DNA of 64,000 bases, from NCBI RefSeq assembly GCF_009914755.1, contig NC_060941.1; one strand, written 5' to 3'. Below, piece by piece: positions 62,078 to 64,000 of this stretch (within the stretch, counting starts at the first letter, position 1; each line of letters begins with the position of its first letter). The translations under genes and the position numbers were made by a program. The notes under the pieces are model-generated. The model was not told the origin of the DNA. It did no database searches and saw only the letters and a list, made by a program, of their open reading frames with translations. The stretch comes from the human T2T-CHM13v2.0 reference genome, Homo sapiens.

Positions 62078-62563
62078 CACCAGAAACAGTTTCTATTGAG
62101 AAAATGGATTTTAATAGAAAATTCTCATTTAAAATTTGGGCAGATATCTGTATTGTTGAGTTAACCAAATGAGAAGAGAAAAATCCTTACAACGTAGCTT
62201 GTCATTTGCCTGACTTGATGCAGACTGCTTTGCTTAGTAATCATGCAGCACTATCAAGACTGTGTACATAATGTCAGGATCCATCTACATAAGATGTAGT
62301 ATGGACTGATGCCAAGTGAGCCTGGGGTGGAAATCAGAACTGGATGCAAATCCTGATGTTATCCGAGAACAGGCACCTGTTACATAGGCTGTGTTACTGT
62401 GGCAAAGGTAATGGTAAAACACAGACTGGCCAGAAGCATTGTGTACAATGAGACCTTGCAACTTTGTGTATATTAGTATGTGGGGGGATGTGAATTATTA
62501 AAGACATTTAAAACTGACTGAATCAGCAACCTCTAATCTATAAAAAAAAATTCCAGACGTCCA

Positions 62564-64000
<1,437 letters not shown>

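Overview
Primate, almost certainly human, genomic DNA that is very Alu-dense. The first half holds the complete + strand gene ZNF207 (BuGZ; human 17q11.2 from recall). I rebuilt 12 coding exons from splice signals and frame continuity (ATG 2057 to TGA 21534; 1485 nt = 494 aa). Two in-frame cassette exons (48 nt and 93 nt) give 478-aa and 463-aa isoforms when skipped singly. The protein has an N-terminal KKKK basic patch plus zinc fingers, a Pro/Gly/Met low-complexity region and a GLEBS-type BUB3-binding motif. Intron 1 is a U12-type (minor spliceosome) intron that also contains U2-type splice sites. The CpG-island promoter overlaps the annotated MIR632 hairpin and looks bidirectional. Poly(A) signals suggest a short (~0.7 kb) and a long (~12 kb) 3' UTR. 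From ~34 kb to 64 kb the sequence is intergenic: Alu, L1, L2, MIR and DNA-transposon remnants, plus a chain of exon-like, possibly decayed coding segments at ~55.9-62.5 kb. Almost all ORFs in the supplied track are Alu-derived artefacts. Best leads: (1) a TTAA-flanked inverted repeat or RNA bridge next to RBFOX motifs downstream of alternative exon 9; (2) an H/ACA-like structured element in intron 8; (3) a 62-nt TA-flanked hairpin in the extended 3' UTR; (4) the U2-inside-U12 splice architecture of intron 1. I found no unambiguous novel system; these are candidates to test. Repeat boundaries are read by eye and approximate.
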